From positions 41,137,821 through 41,201,820 of the forward strand of contig NC_057728.1 of the NCBI RefSeq assembly GCF_004010195.1: DNA of 64,000 nt, in the 5' to 3' direction. Every line of letters begins with the position of its first letter. Positions within the stretch are counted from its first letter, which is position 1. Shown here piece by piece: positions 13,440 through 25,091 of the stretch. A model generated the notes under the pieces. The model ran no database searches. It had not been told where the DNA came from and worked only from the letters and a program-made list of their open reading frames with translations. The DNA is from Chiloscyllium plagiosum (taxonomy: Eukaryota). The position numbers were made by a program, and so were the translations under genes.

Positions 13440-15005
13440 TGCATTGACCATAATTTTCCAGCCTTTCTTAGACTCTGAGATGGTGCCAGAGAACTGTAGA
13501 ATTTCAAACATTAAAAAAAAAATGAAGTTAGTTCCAAGAAAACTGATCAAGTCTGTGGTTTGGAGATGTCCAGAATCAATCATTCAAGGCACACTTAATA
13601 ATCACATTGACAAATTAGGTTAATTAAGAAAAGCAAGTATAGATTTCTTGGGAAATCCATGTTTAACTGTTTTACTGTTTTGTTTTGAAGAGGTAATGGT
13701 AAGAATTGAAGAGTGTAATGCTGCTGGTATAGGGTATATGAACTCCCAAGTGTACTTAATACAATGCCACACAATATGCTTGAGAAAAGTTGTAGCTTAT
13801 GAAGTAAAGCAGACAGGCGCAACATGAATGCAGAATTGCTGAATGACGAGAAACGGTCAGTAGTGGTCAATGAATGCTTTTGGTCTGAGGAAGGTTGATA
13901 GTGAAGGTTCTCAAGGCTCAGCTTTGGGACCTTATCCTTTTCCTGATATATATTAATGACCTGGGCCTTCGAGTCCAGGGTTCAATTTCAAACAATGCAG
14001 ATAATACACAACTTAAAAGTATCATAAACTTTGAGGGAGAAAATGTAAAATTTCAGAAGGACGTAGACACATTATTGGAGTGTGTGGACAGTTAGCAGAG
14101 GAGCAGTATGGCCGCTCAGTGGTTAGCACTGTTGCCTCTCAGCGCCAGGGACCCAGGTTTGATCCCAGCCTCTGGCAACTGTTTGTGTGGAGTTTGCTCA
14201 CATTCTCCCCAGGTCTGCATGGGTTTCCTCTGGGTGCTCCGGTTTCCTCTCGCAATCCAAAGATGTGCAGGTTAGGTGAATTGGCCATGCTAATTTGCCC
14301 ATAGTGTTCAGGGATGTGTAGGTTAGGTGCATTAGTCAGGGGTGAATATAAGATAATAGATTAGGAGAATGGGTCTGGGTGCTTTACTCAGAGGGTCAGT
14401 GTGGACTTCATGGGCCGAAGAGCCTACTTCCACACTGTAGGGATTCTGAGATTCAATATGGAAACACCTGAAGTGATTTGTTTTGATTGGAAGAACGTCA
14501 AGATCCAATATAAAAACCAAAGGTGCAGTTCAAAAATAATAAAAGGAGCAGAGGAATTTGGGTATTCAAGTGTATAAATCGATGAAGGTGACAAGTTAGG
14601 GCATGCTTTTTTTCTTCAAAGTTGTGCCCTCGACCTATCTTTGGTTTTATTAAAAGAGACAGAGTAAAAGAGCAAGGAGCTTACACTGAACTTGGATGAG
14701 ACACTAGTTCAGCGTCAACTGGAGAATCGTGTCCAGTTCTGGACACCACAATTTGGGAGAATGTAAAGGAATTGGAAAGAGAGCAGAAAATATTCTAAGA
14801 ATCGTTCCAAAAATGAGAACCTTCTGTTTTTCTTTCAACTGATGGAGGAAGCAGAGGTGGATTTGACTTCCTGTTAGTCAAAAATCTAATGGTGTTGGAA
14901 GAAGATTAGAAAGTGGAGTTGATGCCCAAATCAGATGAGCCATATTCTTATTGAAAGCTCGAGGAGCTCAATGGCGTACTCCTGTTCCTAATTATTATGT
15001 TCATG
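13440..15005 (+). mobile_element. Decayed CR1 LINE interrupted by an HE1 SINE
   Basis: ORF 13895-14095: FLIYINDL...ISNNADNT. Further CR1 C-terminal sequence follows after 14455. Confidence 0.75.
14100..14452 (+). mobile_element. HE1-type SINE, near full length
   Basis: ctcagtggttagcactgttgcctctcagcgccagggacccaggtttgatccc...gggccgaagagcctacttccacactgtagggattct. Confidence 0.9.
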
Positions 15006-15579
15006 TGTTTATCCCTTAAACTGAATATAATCATTGTCAGACAGCCGAACAGTTAAGTTACAATTGTAATCATATATATAAACCCTTGTGTATATATAAA
15101 CCCTTGTTGTAGACATCTGAAGGTAAGGTTAAATTGCAGGTAGTGCCTGTAAACTTGCAAGCTTTGCACTTGACAAGATGTTTTCACAAAGTGTGAAATG
15201 TTGCATATGAAGCCCTTAAGTCTTACTTCACAGAGATTACTTTCTCATTGTAAAAACACTGCTTCAGTGAGTCATAACCTTTCAGCTGTTGTTCAACACT
15301 TCTGGCAGTGACCAGGAGCTGTAAAGTTTAAAAAAAAAATCAGAATCATTACAGTGCAGAAGGAGGCTGCTATTTCATCATGTCTGTACTGGATCCCCAA
15401 ATGAATATTTGACTTAATGCCATTCCTTGTATTCCTGCAATGACCTACATACAGAAACTTCCAGGTTCCTTTGAACCTGCATCCTTCATTTTATATTGTT
15501 TCACCATGTTCTTCTGACTAGAATAGAACATTTTCTGCAATGATATACCATCTGGCCACCCATTCCATCAAATTGTTTA

Positions 15580-15845
15580 TATCATTTTGAGGTTTGTGAG
15601 TTCAGAGAAAATCTTTCATTTCCATCATGAATGGGAAACTCATTATTTTTAAATTGTGTCTCCGAGTTATATTTGGCCACAAGGAGGAACATCATTTCAG
15701 CCTTCAAACTGTCAGTTCTGCTCAGAATCTTATATTTCAATAAGATTGCCTCTCTTGCTCCTAAATTCCAATGAATATAGGCCCAGTTCAAACATTTCTT
15801 TCTCACAGGGCAACTCCTTCATCCCAGGAATCAGCCAAGTTGACT
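15580..15845 (-). mobile_element. CR1 3' ORF2 fragment
   Basis: ORF 15582-15806 (ILLKYKILSRTD...MFLLV) resembles the CR1 C-terminus. Confidence 0.6.
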
Positions 15846-16200
15846 GAACATTATAATTCCTCAGTAAAAATGCTGTGTCATACAGGCCGCATCCCTTCAG
15901 TGGTTTCAGTTTTGTGTTTCACCTCCATATGACTGATTCTACAATGTTCTGCATTTAATAAAATTGGAAGGCTATATGTAGTTCACACTGCAACATTTAT
16001 GTCATGTTTCCATAAGGATGTTGTGCATTACCCTTAAAGTTTTTGTAATAGTAGTTAATGTATAAAAGGTATAAATGCACTGCTAGTTTTATTTCAGCTT
16101 AATTGTTTAATCAACCTAATTTAGTGAATGACTTGAATTAAATTCCTTGCTGGATTATAGCATTGAATCTAATTGCTAAATCCAGCAATCGGATGGAATA

Positions 16201-16261
16201 ATGTCACAAGTGGTTATCAAGGGCATTGAAGGAAATGCCCTCGCTGTACTTCCCAGTTTAG
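16201..16261 (+). CDS. grip1: Candidate alternative first coding exon of grip1: MSQVVIKGIEGNALAVLPSL+G
   Basis: ATG at 16201 has A at -3 and an in-frame stop upstream at 16177. 20 open codons plus G, then consensus donor AG|GTGAGT at 16262. Phase 1, compatible with the exon at 50036. Repeat-free context followed by CT/CA microsatellite. Confidence 0.4.
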
Positions 16262-16319
16262 GTGAGTCCATTGTGGAGGGTTACCTTCAGTGCATAGAAA
16301 TCAGATAATCTCAGCAGAT

Positions 16320-16410
16320 CTCTCTCACGTACACTTTCTCTCTCTCTCGCTCTCTGTTCTCCTACCCCCTCCCCCCACACAAGCATACACAGACACATAC
16401 GCACACAACC
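16320..16410. repeat. Imperfect (CT)n/(CA)n microsatellite
   Basis: tctctctcac...ctctctctctcgctctct...cacacaagcatacacagacacatacgcacaca. Confidence 0.8.
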
Positions 16411-16624
16411 CAAGAGGACAGAAACTGTAGGAAATTGCATAGTTTTAAATAGGGAGTATGTTTTACTGACACTGCCTTTGCCTTTGTCAGAGCTGCAGAA
16501 GTAAAATTCTGGGAAATGCAGCAGTGAAAAATCTCTAAGTGAGTTTATATATGTTAGATTTAACAAATGAATTTCTGAAAAATCAAGGAGAAAGCACAGT
16601 CTTTTCTCTTTGAAGAATGAAAGC

Positions 16625-17090
16625 TATTTTACTATTAAATTGGAGGGGTTGCAGAAAAGGTTAACAAGGCTGTTGTCAGGACTGGAGGGTTTGAGTCATA
16701 GGGTGAGACTGAGACATTTTCCACTGAAGTGTAGGAGGTTGAGGTTTAGAAAATCATAAGGAAATAGATTAGGTGAACAGCAAAGGATTTTTGCCAAGGG
16801 TAGGAGAGTTCAAAACTAGGGGGCATATTTTTAAAATGAGAGGGGAAAGATTTAAAAAGGACCTGAGGGACAACCCTATCACTCAGAGGATGGTGCATAT
16901 GTGCAATGAACTGCCAGAGGAAATGGTAGATGTAATTGCAACATTTAAGACATTTGTATAGATATATGAATGGGAAAGGTTTAGAGAGATATGGGCCAAA
17001 TGCAGGCAAATGAGACCAGTTTAGTTTGGGGAATTTGGTTGGCATGGATGAGTTGGACCACAGGGTGTGTTACTGTGCTATAACTCTGTT
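16625..17090 (+). mobile_element. CR1 3' end
   Basis: ORF 16773-16961: KTRGHIFKMRGERFKKDLRDN..TQRMVHMCNELPEEMV. Confidence 0.85.
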
Positions 17091-17169
17091 GGGATAATTA
17101 AATTTGAAGGACTGAGACAAGCACAGCAATTCATATATATTTTCTTGTGACTGTTGTTTTATTGTTGTG

Positions 17170-17965
17170 TGATAAAGATGTAGGACTGGATGGACAGGAA
17201 AGTGAGTTTTGAAGGGGACATAAGGAGCCTATAAAGGAATGTAGTTGGGTTAAGTGAATTGGCAAAGTTCTGGCAAATGTATCATAATGTCAGAAAATGT
17301 TAAATTACCCATTTCAGAAAGAACAGAAAAAAAAATCCTCAATGTGAGCAGTTGCAGAGCTCTGAGATGCAGAAAGATCTGGGTGCATGAATTGCAGAAG
17401 GTTAGTAAGTAGGTACTGCAAAAATCAGAAAATCTATTAGAATGTTATGTTTTATTGTGAATGAATGGATAAGGCTTCAATTATATAGGGATTTGGGGAG
17501 ACTGCATCTGGAATACAGTTCTGGTCACTATCCTTGAGGAAGAATATTAATGCGATGAAAGCGATGTCTGTAAACTCTGGAGTTTACAAAAGTAAGAGAT
17601 GACTTAATTGAAAATTTAAGGTCCAAGGGAGCTTGACCAGTTGGATGACAAAAGATTCTCCACTCGTGGGAGATTCCACAACCAGGTGTTATAATTTTTA
17701 AAAAATGGTTTCCCATTTAAAACCGCAATAAGGAAAAATAAATTTGAGGGTTGAGAGTCTTTGGAATTCTCTCCCTCAACAAGCAGTGGATGCAGAATCT
17801 TTAAATACTTTTAAAGTAGAGATGAATAAATTCTTGATTACCAAGGGGTGAAAGATTATTTGGGGGTGTGCAGGAATGTAGAGTTGTCAAAATCTGATCA
17901 GCCTTGCTCCTATTGAATGGCAGAGCAGGCTCAAATGGCCTACTCTTGTTTATTGTTTGTATGTT
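17170..17965 (+). mobile_element. CR1 3' portion, decayed
   Basis: tggcaaatgtatcataatgt...; tail ctattgaatggcagagcaggctcaaatggcctactc. Confidence 0.75.
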
Positions 17966-18486
17966 CCAATATATTGGCCAAAATTTGTCAGAGAGCAGGT
18001 AAGTGCCTCTGCCTAACCCCAACAAATGGACGAACAAGTGCAGCATGCCACTAAAATGATTTTGCACCTTCTCCCTCACACTCTCACTTTCACTCTCACT
18101 CGAGTGCACTTTGTATGTGTGCACATACGCACTTGCTCTTGCTCTCTCAAAGGTCATATAGATGTATTGTACTATCAATGGAAGCAGGTTGAGGGAAAGT
18201 GCCCCAATAGTGTATCTTGCATTCCTAGAGCAGCCAAAGTTAGACCACAACAGGATGACGATGCAGACTTGATAGCAATTGCAGGACCACAGGAATCACT
18301 GAACGAGAAAGAGGAGTTTTGGTGGTGCTGATGGGGGAAAAGGTGGAAAAAACATTTTGTCTGGCCACCTCTTCCTTTTCTATGCTGCTGTCTAGCTGCC
18401 ACCCTGTTAATTCAGAATCCTGTTTATTCCAAATCTCTGTCATAATGGTCTGCTCTATTAAAGAGACTCGAGTCTCTCCTGAAAAT

Positions 18487-19275
18487 GGGTCATAAAGTAT
18501 ACAGTGTGGAAACAGACCTTTCAGTCCAACAAGTCCATGCTGACCATGTTTCCCAAACTAAACTAGTCCCACCTGCCTGCATTTGGCCCATATCCCTCTC
18601 AAACTTTCCTATTCATGTACTAATCCAAATGTCTTTTAAAGGTTGTAACTATACCTACATCCACCAATTCCTCTGACAGTTCATTCCACACACTAAGCAC
18701 ACTCTGTTTGGGGGGAAAATAGTTACCCTTCATGTCCTTTTTATAAATCTTTCTTCTCTCACCTTAAAAATATGCACTCCAATTTTGAATTCCCCCACCT
18801 GAGGGAAAAGCCACCTGCTATTCACCTTTACCTATGATCTTCATGATTTTATAAACTTCTATAAGGTCATCACTCAACCTCATATACTCCACTGGAAAAA
18901 AAATTCCAGCCTGTTTTTATAATCAAAACCCCCATTCCCAGCAACATTCTGGTAAAACTTTTCTGAATCCTGTCCAATTTAATCATATCCTTCCTATAAC
19001 AGGGCAACAAGAATTGCACACAGGACTCCAGAAGAGGCCTCCCCAGTGTCCTGTTCAACCTGAACAATACTTCCCAACTCCTGTACTCAAAGGCCTGAGC
19101 AATGAAGGCAAGCATGCTAAACGCCTTCTTAACCAGTCTACCTGTGATGCAAATTTTAAAGAATTACGTACCTGAACCCCTTGGTCTCTCTCTTCTACAA
19201 CATACTCGGGGCTCTAACATTAATTGTATAAATCCTGACTTTGTTTGCTTTACCAAAATGCAATACCTCGCCTTT
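18487..19275 (-). mobile_element. CR1 3' portion
   Basis: ORF 18870-19115: MLAFIAQAFEYRSWEV...RPLLESCVQF..PCYRKD. Confidence 0.9.
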
Positions 19276-20734
19276 ACATCATCCCATTTTTGTTTCCCTG
19301 GAATGGCCTTGCCTCTGTAAGCCATTGTTATTGCTGGGACTGTCATTCTCCTCAACTAGGGGGGAGTGAGTTGGTAGTGGAACAACAGAGGGAAGCACTT
19401 CCTAAGCCAACCTCTGCCGTTGATTGAAACAGTAGTTGCTGGAAAAGCTGAGCAGGTCTGGCAGCATCTGTGAAGAGTAATCAAAATCCAAGAAGAAAAT
19501 CCAGTCTGTAATCGAAATTTATCATTCTTTGAGAAACTGTATATTCATTACTTAGAGTTTTGTGCTCATCACTTTGGTTTCTCTTTATTAATAATGTGAA
19601 TTCTCATTCATGGACAGTTTGTTAAAGTGCTGTAGGGCGTGAGAACAGTATCAAACATGTGCCGTGTTGTTGAAGGTGCAAAACAGTTCCACATTGCATG
19701 TTACAGATGACTATCAGGTTTCTGCATTTTGTGTTTCTTTGGTCAATACTACTTCAGTTCAAATTAATTGGTCACTTATTTCATGGGATCTTGCTGTACA
19801 TGGATGTTACCCATGTAAATATAGGAAATAATTAATTGATTATCAACCACTCTCGACTGTCCCAGGAGCACAACAGGCATTAAATAAATATTCACCTTCT
19901 CTTTCTTTCGCTCTCTCCCAGTCTCTCTGCCACCCCCCCCCCAACACCTTGCTCTCTTCGTTTGCCTGATTTTCTGCAGAAGCAGAGGGCAATCTTGCCT
20001 GAGATGGTGGATACCCTGGTGATTTAATTCAGGAATCTTTGTCATCACATCACACAGAATGATGAGTCATACTATGACTAATAAGATGCAGAAGTAATCT
20101 GAATGACTCTCTTCCCCCCCCTCTCCCTTGCATGCGTCAAGAACAGCCAGAGTTTCAAATGATGGAGGAGGATGCTGTTTTACTGCTGCATGAATAAATG
20201 CATCATTTCCATGTGGTACTGAGCCAAATCTGCCGACAAGATTCTGTGCTCTCACTGCCTACTGATTTAGCTTCATAAATTAGGACAGAGGTGATGATTT
20301 TACAATCGATGTTCGTCGATTTGAAGGTTTCAGTTCCTGGCCAACATACAAATTCTAGTGAACTGCAAATCAAGGCCAATCATTCTTAGATGAAAACTTC
20401 AGAAATTTGCCAGATTGATTATGTTTATTCAGATATTTGTTCTGATATATTGTATCTATGGAGGATCTGCACAGTGCTTCAATCAGCATCTGTACTAATG
20501 TCTGTTTTGCCTCCAGCAAGGCATTTCTACTTGACAAGAAAATGCTTATGTTATCTCCATAATATAAGAACTAGACATGGGTAATGGGGTATGCAAAGAT
20601 CCAACAGGATGTTTATTACAGCTCAATGTTCTGTGCAGGCATTAGGTTCACAAGCACAGAATTGTCTGGACTAAAATTAGGCTGTTTGGTTATAAAGCTT
20701 TTTTAAATTTCAAATTTATACTTTACACATAAAA

Positions 20735-20814
20735 ATATGGTAAAGCACATAAGGTCAGGCAGCATCCGAGGAGCAGGAAAATCAATGTTTCGGGCCAAAG
20801 CCCTTCATCAGGAC
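20735..20814 (-). mobile_element. Short PLE terminus, family A
   Basis: aggtcaggcagcatccgaggagcaggaaaatcaatgtttcgggccaaagcccttcatcagg. Confidence 0.8.
20781..20814 (-). ncRNA. Minimal hammerhead motif (PLE terminus)
   Basis: Reverse complement GUC-CUGAUGA-A-GGGC-UUUG-GCCC-GAAA-CA-UU-GAU. Confidence 0.55.
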
Positions 20815-21085
20815 CTTTGACCATGGTCTTTCTCCACTGTGCCTTGGTGGCAGCTGCCCCAAGCTTTAGTGTGCCCCTCCGTACGCAGTCCTGAACCTTG
20901 GAATGTGCCTGTCTGCAACACTTGCTCGGAGGCCAACTCCTTGTTTTGGAAGACAAACAAGGTTAGAGCGCGTTTCACTGAGTTGATGGTCCTCCAGATG
21001 CAGTTGAAGGCTCTGTCGGTGTCCTGGGAACAGACATAGAGCACACACTCCCACATCACGGAGCTGCTTGGAACGACCCTCAACA
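20815..21085 (-). mobile_element. Tx1/L1-type ORF2 C-terminal fragment
   Basis: Frameshifted peptides NCIWRTINSVKRAL..VFQNKEL and CCRQAHSKVQDCVRRGTLKLGAAATKAQWRKT resemble Tx1-like ORF2 ends (recalled). Confidence 0.6.
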
Positions 21086-21183
21086 AAAACCACTACCTCT
21101 TCCTCCAGACTTCACTTGTTTTCATCAGCATGTTTATGCTTCAAGTGGTCGGAGTTGTGTTTGACTCTGAGACCTTTGTTATG

Positions 21184-21372
21184 GGGTGGCACAGTGGCTC
21201 AGTGGTTAGCAATGCCAGGTTCAATTCCAGCCTCAGTCTGTTTGGAGTTAGCACATTCTCCCCGTGAATTGGCCATGCTAAACTGCCCCTAGTGGGTCTG
21301 GGTGGGTTACTCTTCAGAGGGTCGGTGTGGACTTGTTGAGCCAAATGGCCTGTTTCCACATTTGTAATCTAT
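21184..21372 (+). mobile_element. Internally deleted HE1 SINE
   Basis: ggcacagtggctcagtggttagca...ggcctgtttccaca. Confidence 0.85.
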
Positions 21373-21715
21373 CCCCCGGTCACATGCCTGAAACAGTGAT
21401 GATATTGTGAGCAGGTCTCTGAAAAGTAAACTGACATAATAACTCTGACATAAATGTGATATCTATCTTGTTTTCCAAAAATATTTATTGGTAAATCACC
21501 TGTGTTCAGCCACATATATTGGGAATATGTTGTCAATTTGTAATTCTACAGACCAGTAAAATTGAAGTTTGAATATTGAACTTGGAACACCAAAAAAGGT
21601 TTGGCAACCCATCCTGATCTGGTGATCATGTGTTCATCTGGAGAGGTCCACATTGTTGACTTTCCTCTTGGATGACAAAAGGATTGTCATGTTGCTAGTT
21701 ACTGTCACTCATTAC

Positions 21716-21920
21716 TGAAATATGTCACTGGAAAAGCGCAGCAGGTCAGGCAGCATCCAAGGAGCAGAAGAATCGATGTTTCGGGCATGAGCCCTTCTTC
21801 AGGACCCAAACGCCCGAAACGTCGATTCTCCTGCTCCTTGGATGCTGCCTGACCTGCTGCGCTTTTCCAGCAACACACTTTCAGCTCTGATCTCCAGCAT
21901 CTGCAGTCCTAACTTTCTCC
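21716..21920. mobile_element. Palindromic PLE derivative, family A, with TSD
   Basis: Arms ctggaaaagcgcagcaggtcaggcagcatccaaggagcag / reverse complement; TSD actgtcactca(t/a)tac at 21701 and 21921. Confidence 0.85.
21771..21805 (-). ncRNA. Minimal hammerhead motif (palindromic PLE derivative)
   Basis: Reverse complement GUC-CUGAAGA-A-GGGC-UCAU-GCCC-GAAA-CA-UC-GAUU. Confidence 0.55.
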
Positions 21921-22119
21921 ACTGTCACTCAATACCACTACTACAACAACAACAACATCGTCTATTGTCATCGTCGTCGTCATTATGCATGACTGCCATG
22001 TTTTATACTGAGCTGAACTAGTTTTGGTTCCTTCACAGTGTAGCACCATGATCAGTAGTAACTTTGTAAGAGCTAGGCTGGTTGCATATTCTCAACACCT
22101 GTTCAAAATCCCAATAATT

Positions 22120-22413
22120 GGGAGGCACGGTGGCTCGGTGGTTCAATTCCTGCCTCTAGAAACTGTCTGTGTGGAGTTTGTACATTCTCCCCATGTATGC
22201 ATGGGTTTCCTCTGGGTGCTCCGGTTTCCTCCCACAGTCCAAAGATGTGCAGGTTAGGCGAATTGGCCATGCCAAATTGCCCATAGTGTTAGGTGCATTA
22301 GTTAGGGGTAAATACAGGATGGGGGAATGGGTGTGGGTGGGTTGCTGTTCGGAGGTTCGTTGTGGACCTGTTGGGCCAAAGGGCCAGTTTCCATACTGTA
22401 GGGAATCTAATCT
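22120..22413 (+). mobile_element. HE1-type SINE
   Basis: ggcacggtggctc...aaagatgtgcaggttagg...actgtagggaatctaatct. Confidence 0.9.
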
Positions 22414-22527
22414 ACTTTTTTGTTTTAAATATTATTATTACATCTGCTTCTACCATTCCCTCAGGCGGTGCATTTTAAGAAAAGTTCCTCCTTTGTCATT
22501 TCTGTTTCTTTTGCCAGTCACCTTTGG

Positions 22528-22571
22528 GGAGATTCCTGAAGAAGGGCCTGTGCCCGAAACGTCGAATCTCC
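22528..22571 (+). ncRNA. Minimal type-I hammerhead ribozyme motif, apparently intact
   Basis: GGAGAUUC (22528-35), CUGAAGA, A, GGGC-CUGU-GCCC, GAAA, CG, UC^ (22563), GAAUCUCC (22564-71). Perfect 8-bp stem I, complete core, 4-bp stem II, GUC cleavage triplet, and the 1-bp stem III with ACGU palindrome typical of PLE hammerheads. Confidence 0.8.
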
Positions 22572-22659
22572 TGTTCCCTGGATGCTGCCTGACCTGCTGT
22601 GCTGTTCCAGCAATAAAGTTTCAATTTTGATCTCCAGCATCTGCAGACCTCACTTTCTC
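22533..22659 (+). mobile_element. 127-bp solo PLE terminus, family A, with 14-bp TSD
   Basis: TSD cacctttggggaga at 22519-22532 and 22660-22673; contains the hammerhead core. Confidence 0.85.
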
Positions 22660-22666
22660 CACCTTT

Positions 22667-23010
22667 GGGGAGACCATTGCCTAGTGGTATTGTCACTGGA
22701 CTGTTAATCCAGAAACCCAGGCAGTGTTCTGCGGACCCAGGTTTAACCCTGCCATGACAGGTGGTGAAATTTGAATTCAATAAAAATCTGGAATTGGAGT
22801 TTAATGATGGCCATGAATCCATTGTTGTTTGTTAGAAAAACCCATCTGGCCCACTAATATCCTGTTGGGGAAGAAAATCTGCCATTCTCACTTGGTGTGA
22901 CCTACACATGACTCCAGACCCACAGCTATGTGGTTGACTTTTAACTGTCCTCTGGGCAATTCAGGATGGCAATATATGCTGGCCTACATTCTGTGAATGA
23001 ATTTAAAAAA
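22667..23010 (+). mobile_element. tRNA-like SINE family B (LINE-shared tail)
   Basis: cctagtggtattgtcactggactgttaatccaga...gactccagacccacagc..tggttgact...; near-identical layout at 54975-55425. Confidence 0.8.
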
Positions 23011-24444
23011 CGGTGTCCTCTGGTTATTGAGCCATTTGCCACTGTGAACTTTCTCCTTGTTTACTATTCAAACTTTCCATATTCTGGACTACCTTTATCA
23101 AATCTCCTCTTAGTTTTCTCAACTTGAGAACAACCTAGCTTCTCCGCACTCTCTATTTAACTCCTCCTTTTCCTTCACTCCAGTATCATTCTTCTGAAGT
23201 TTCTCTAAAGTTTTGCCATCCTTTAATGTCCAGTGTAAATTTTCATAGCTGGTCTACAATCTTTCTCTCTTCCGACCATAATGTCTCATTCTCCATTTTC
23301 TGCTTTAATTTTCATGTTCCATTTGTAACCCCACTTCTTCACCATCTTTGCTATCCTTCTCTTTGTATCCTTCTTATGTCTTAGTGCTCCCACTAAATCA
23401 GCAGGATGCCAATGTAGCTGCTTTAATTTCTGTCCATCAGCTAATTCTGAATCCCTGTCTCAACTGTCTCTATAATTCCATATAGACTTAAATCTTGCAA
23501 ACCAACCCTAACTTTACAAACAACAAAGCATGAATTTGGCTATCTTGAATTTAGTCTAATGCTTACTGATAAAATACCTATAATTGATATTCATATACAT
23601 TTGTAATTAGGCACTCTACACATTTATTCTAATGTATGCTTTTTTTTCCTGCTGTCTTTTGCTGTACATTGAAAGCCACTTATAATTAATGTTTATTTTG
23701 TTTTCTTTTACATGCAATGAGAAATTGCAGCCATTTTGTTTTATTGTTCACTGAAGCTATTATGCCTATTAATTATTCATTTACAAAGGATTTCACCTGA
23801 TTAGTCTGTTGAATCCCTGACAGAGTAATCTTCCTCACTGTGACGTTGTAAGCAAAAATACATTCTTTCAAACCCATGAGGAAAAACCCAAAATTGGAAG
23901 TGAAAATTCTAAATGTCATCTCTCTCCTGTACCACATTCAAACTCATCATTCATATTTTCACTATCTTGTACTAGCTTCTGTTGCTTAGTACATTAAATT
24001 TCAAAGCGTTGCCTTTGTTTACAGATTTCTGTACGGCATTGATGATAGTATAGTTCATTCTATAGAACATTTTCCAATACTTCTATTCTTCAATTCTGGT
24101 TGGTCCAATTTCCCCATCTGGTAACCTGTCTTGTAACAGAGCTAACCATATTTCCTATAACATAACCTCTTCCCAGAACAACATCTCTGTTAATTTCTGC
24201 ATACATTTCAAGACCTCCTCACAGGCATATTTAATCATGTTTTGTAAACCTCTGTGTTACTGAGTGGAGCAACCCATGAAATGACCTATCTTAAAGCAAA
24301 AGATTGATTTGCATTCAATAATTCTAGTAAATTTTCCACTCAATTGGAGAATCAAATGCTCCAGAGTTGTATTATTTATTTGTTTATGGGATGAGTATGT
24401 GGCTGACTAGACCAATATTTATTGCTAGAATAATACACAGAACT

Positions 24445-25090
24445 GTTGATGCTAGACATCTGAAATAAAAATGGAAATTGCTGGAGAACTACAGCTCTGG
24501 CAACATCTGTGTAGAGAAGACAATTAATGTTTTGGATCAGAACTGATGATAGCTGGGAAAAGGTGATATATATGCTGAAGACTGGAACGCGATTGGGGAA
24601 ATGGAAGAAGGAATGTACAATAGGTGAAGATTGATTTTCTCTCTAGTTCTATGAGACCGGTAATAGGTAGATAATGGTGAGTGAGGGAAAACGTAAAGCT
24701 GATAATTGGGACCCATAGTCAGTGGAAATGGGTTAGATGTGCTGAAAGCAGCCCATGTCATGACAGGGCCTGGTCTGTTGGAGTTAGTATAGGAATTGGA
24801 AGAAGGTGTTCAGGTTCTAAAAGTATTGATCTTGATACAGGGTCACTGTGGAAAATGAGGTGCTGTTCTTCCAACTTGTTCTGTGGCTCACTGGAGCACT
24901 GCAATAGACCTGCGACAGAAATGTTGGTCAGAGAAGACAATGTGTTGAAGTGGCAAGCAACTTGAATCTCTCAGCCATTTTTTGTGGCTGTAATTTTGAT
25001 GTTTCCCCTCCTGTTTTCAGCATATATACCACCTTTTCCTAGCTACTATCAGTTCGGAAGAATGGTCACTGGACTGAAACATTTAACTCC
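24445..25090 (-). mobile_element. Old PLE-derived fragment with inverted ends
   Basis: ORF 24758-24940: GLLQC...KLEEQHLIF (PLE GIY-YIG C-terminus). 24537-24585 is inverted at ~25015-25055. Confidence 0.7.
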
Positions 25091-25091
25091 A

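Noticed and set aside
15073..15107. Tandem duplication tatatataaacccttgt x2
   Set aside because: Simple slippage duplication; two units only, not an array.
17961..18004. ATG plus strong donor CAG|GTAAGT
   Set aside because: Phase 2 from the ATG, so incompatible with exon 2; begins in a CR1 tail.
18026..18331. 101-aa ORF with an acidic stretch (QQDDDADLIAIAGPQESLNEKEE)
   Set aside because: No recognisable family, includes low-complexity sequence, no fitting splice pair.
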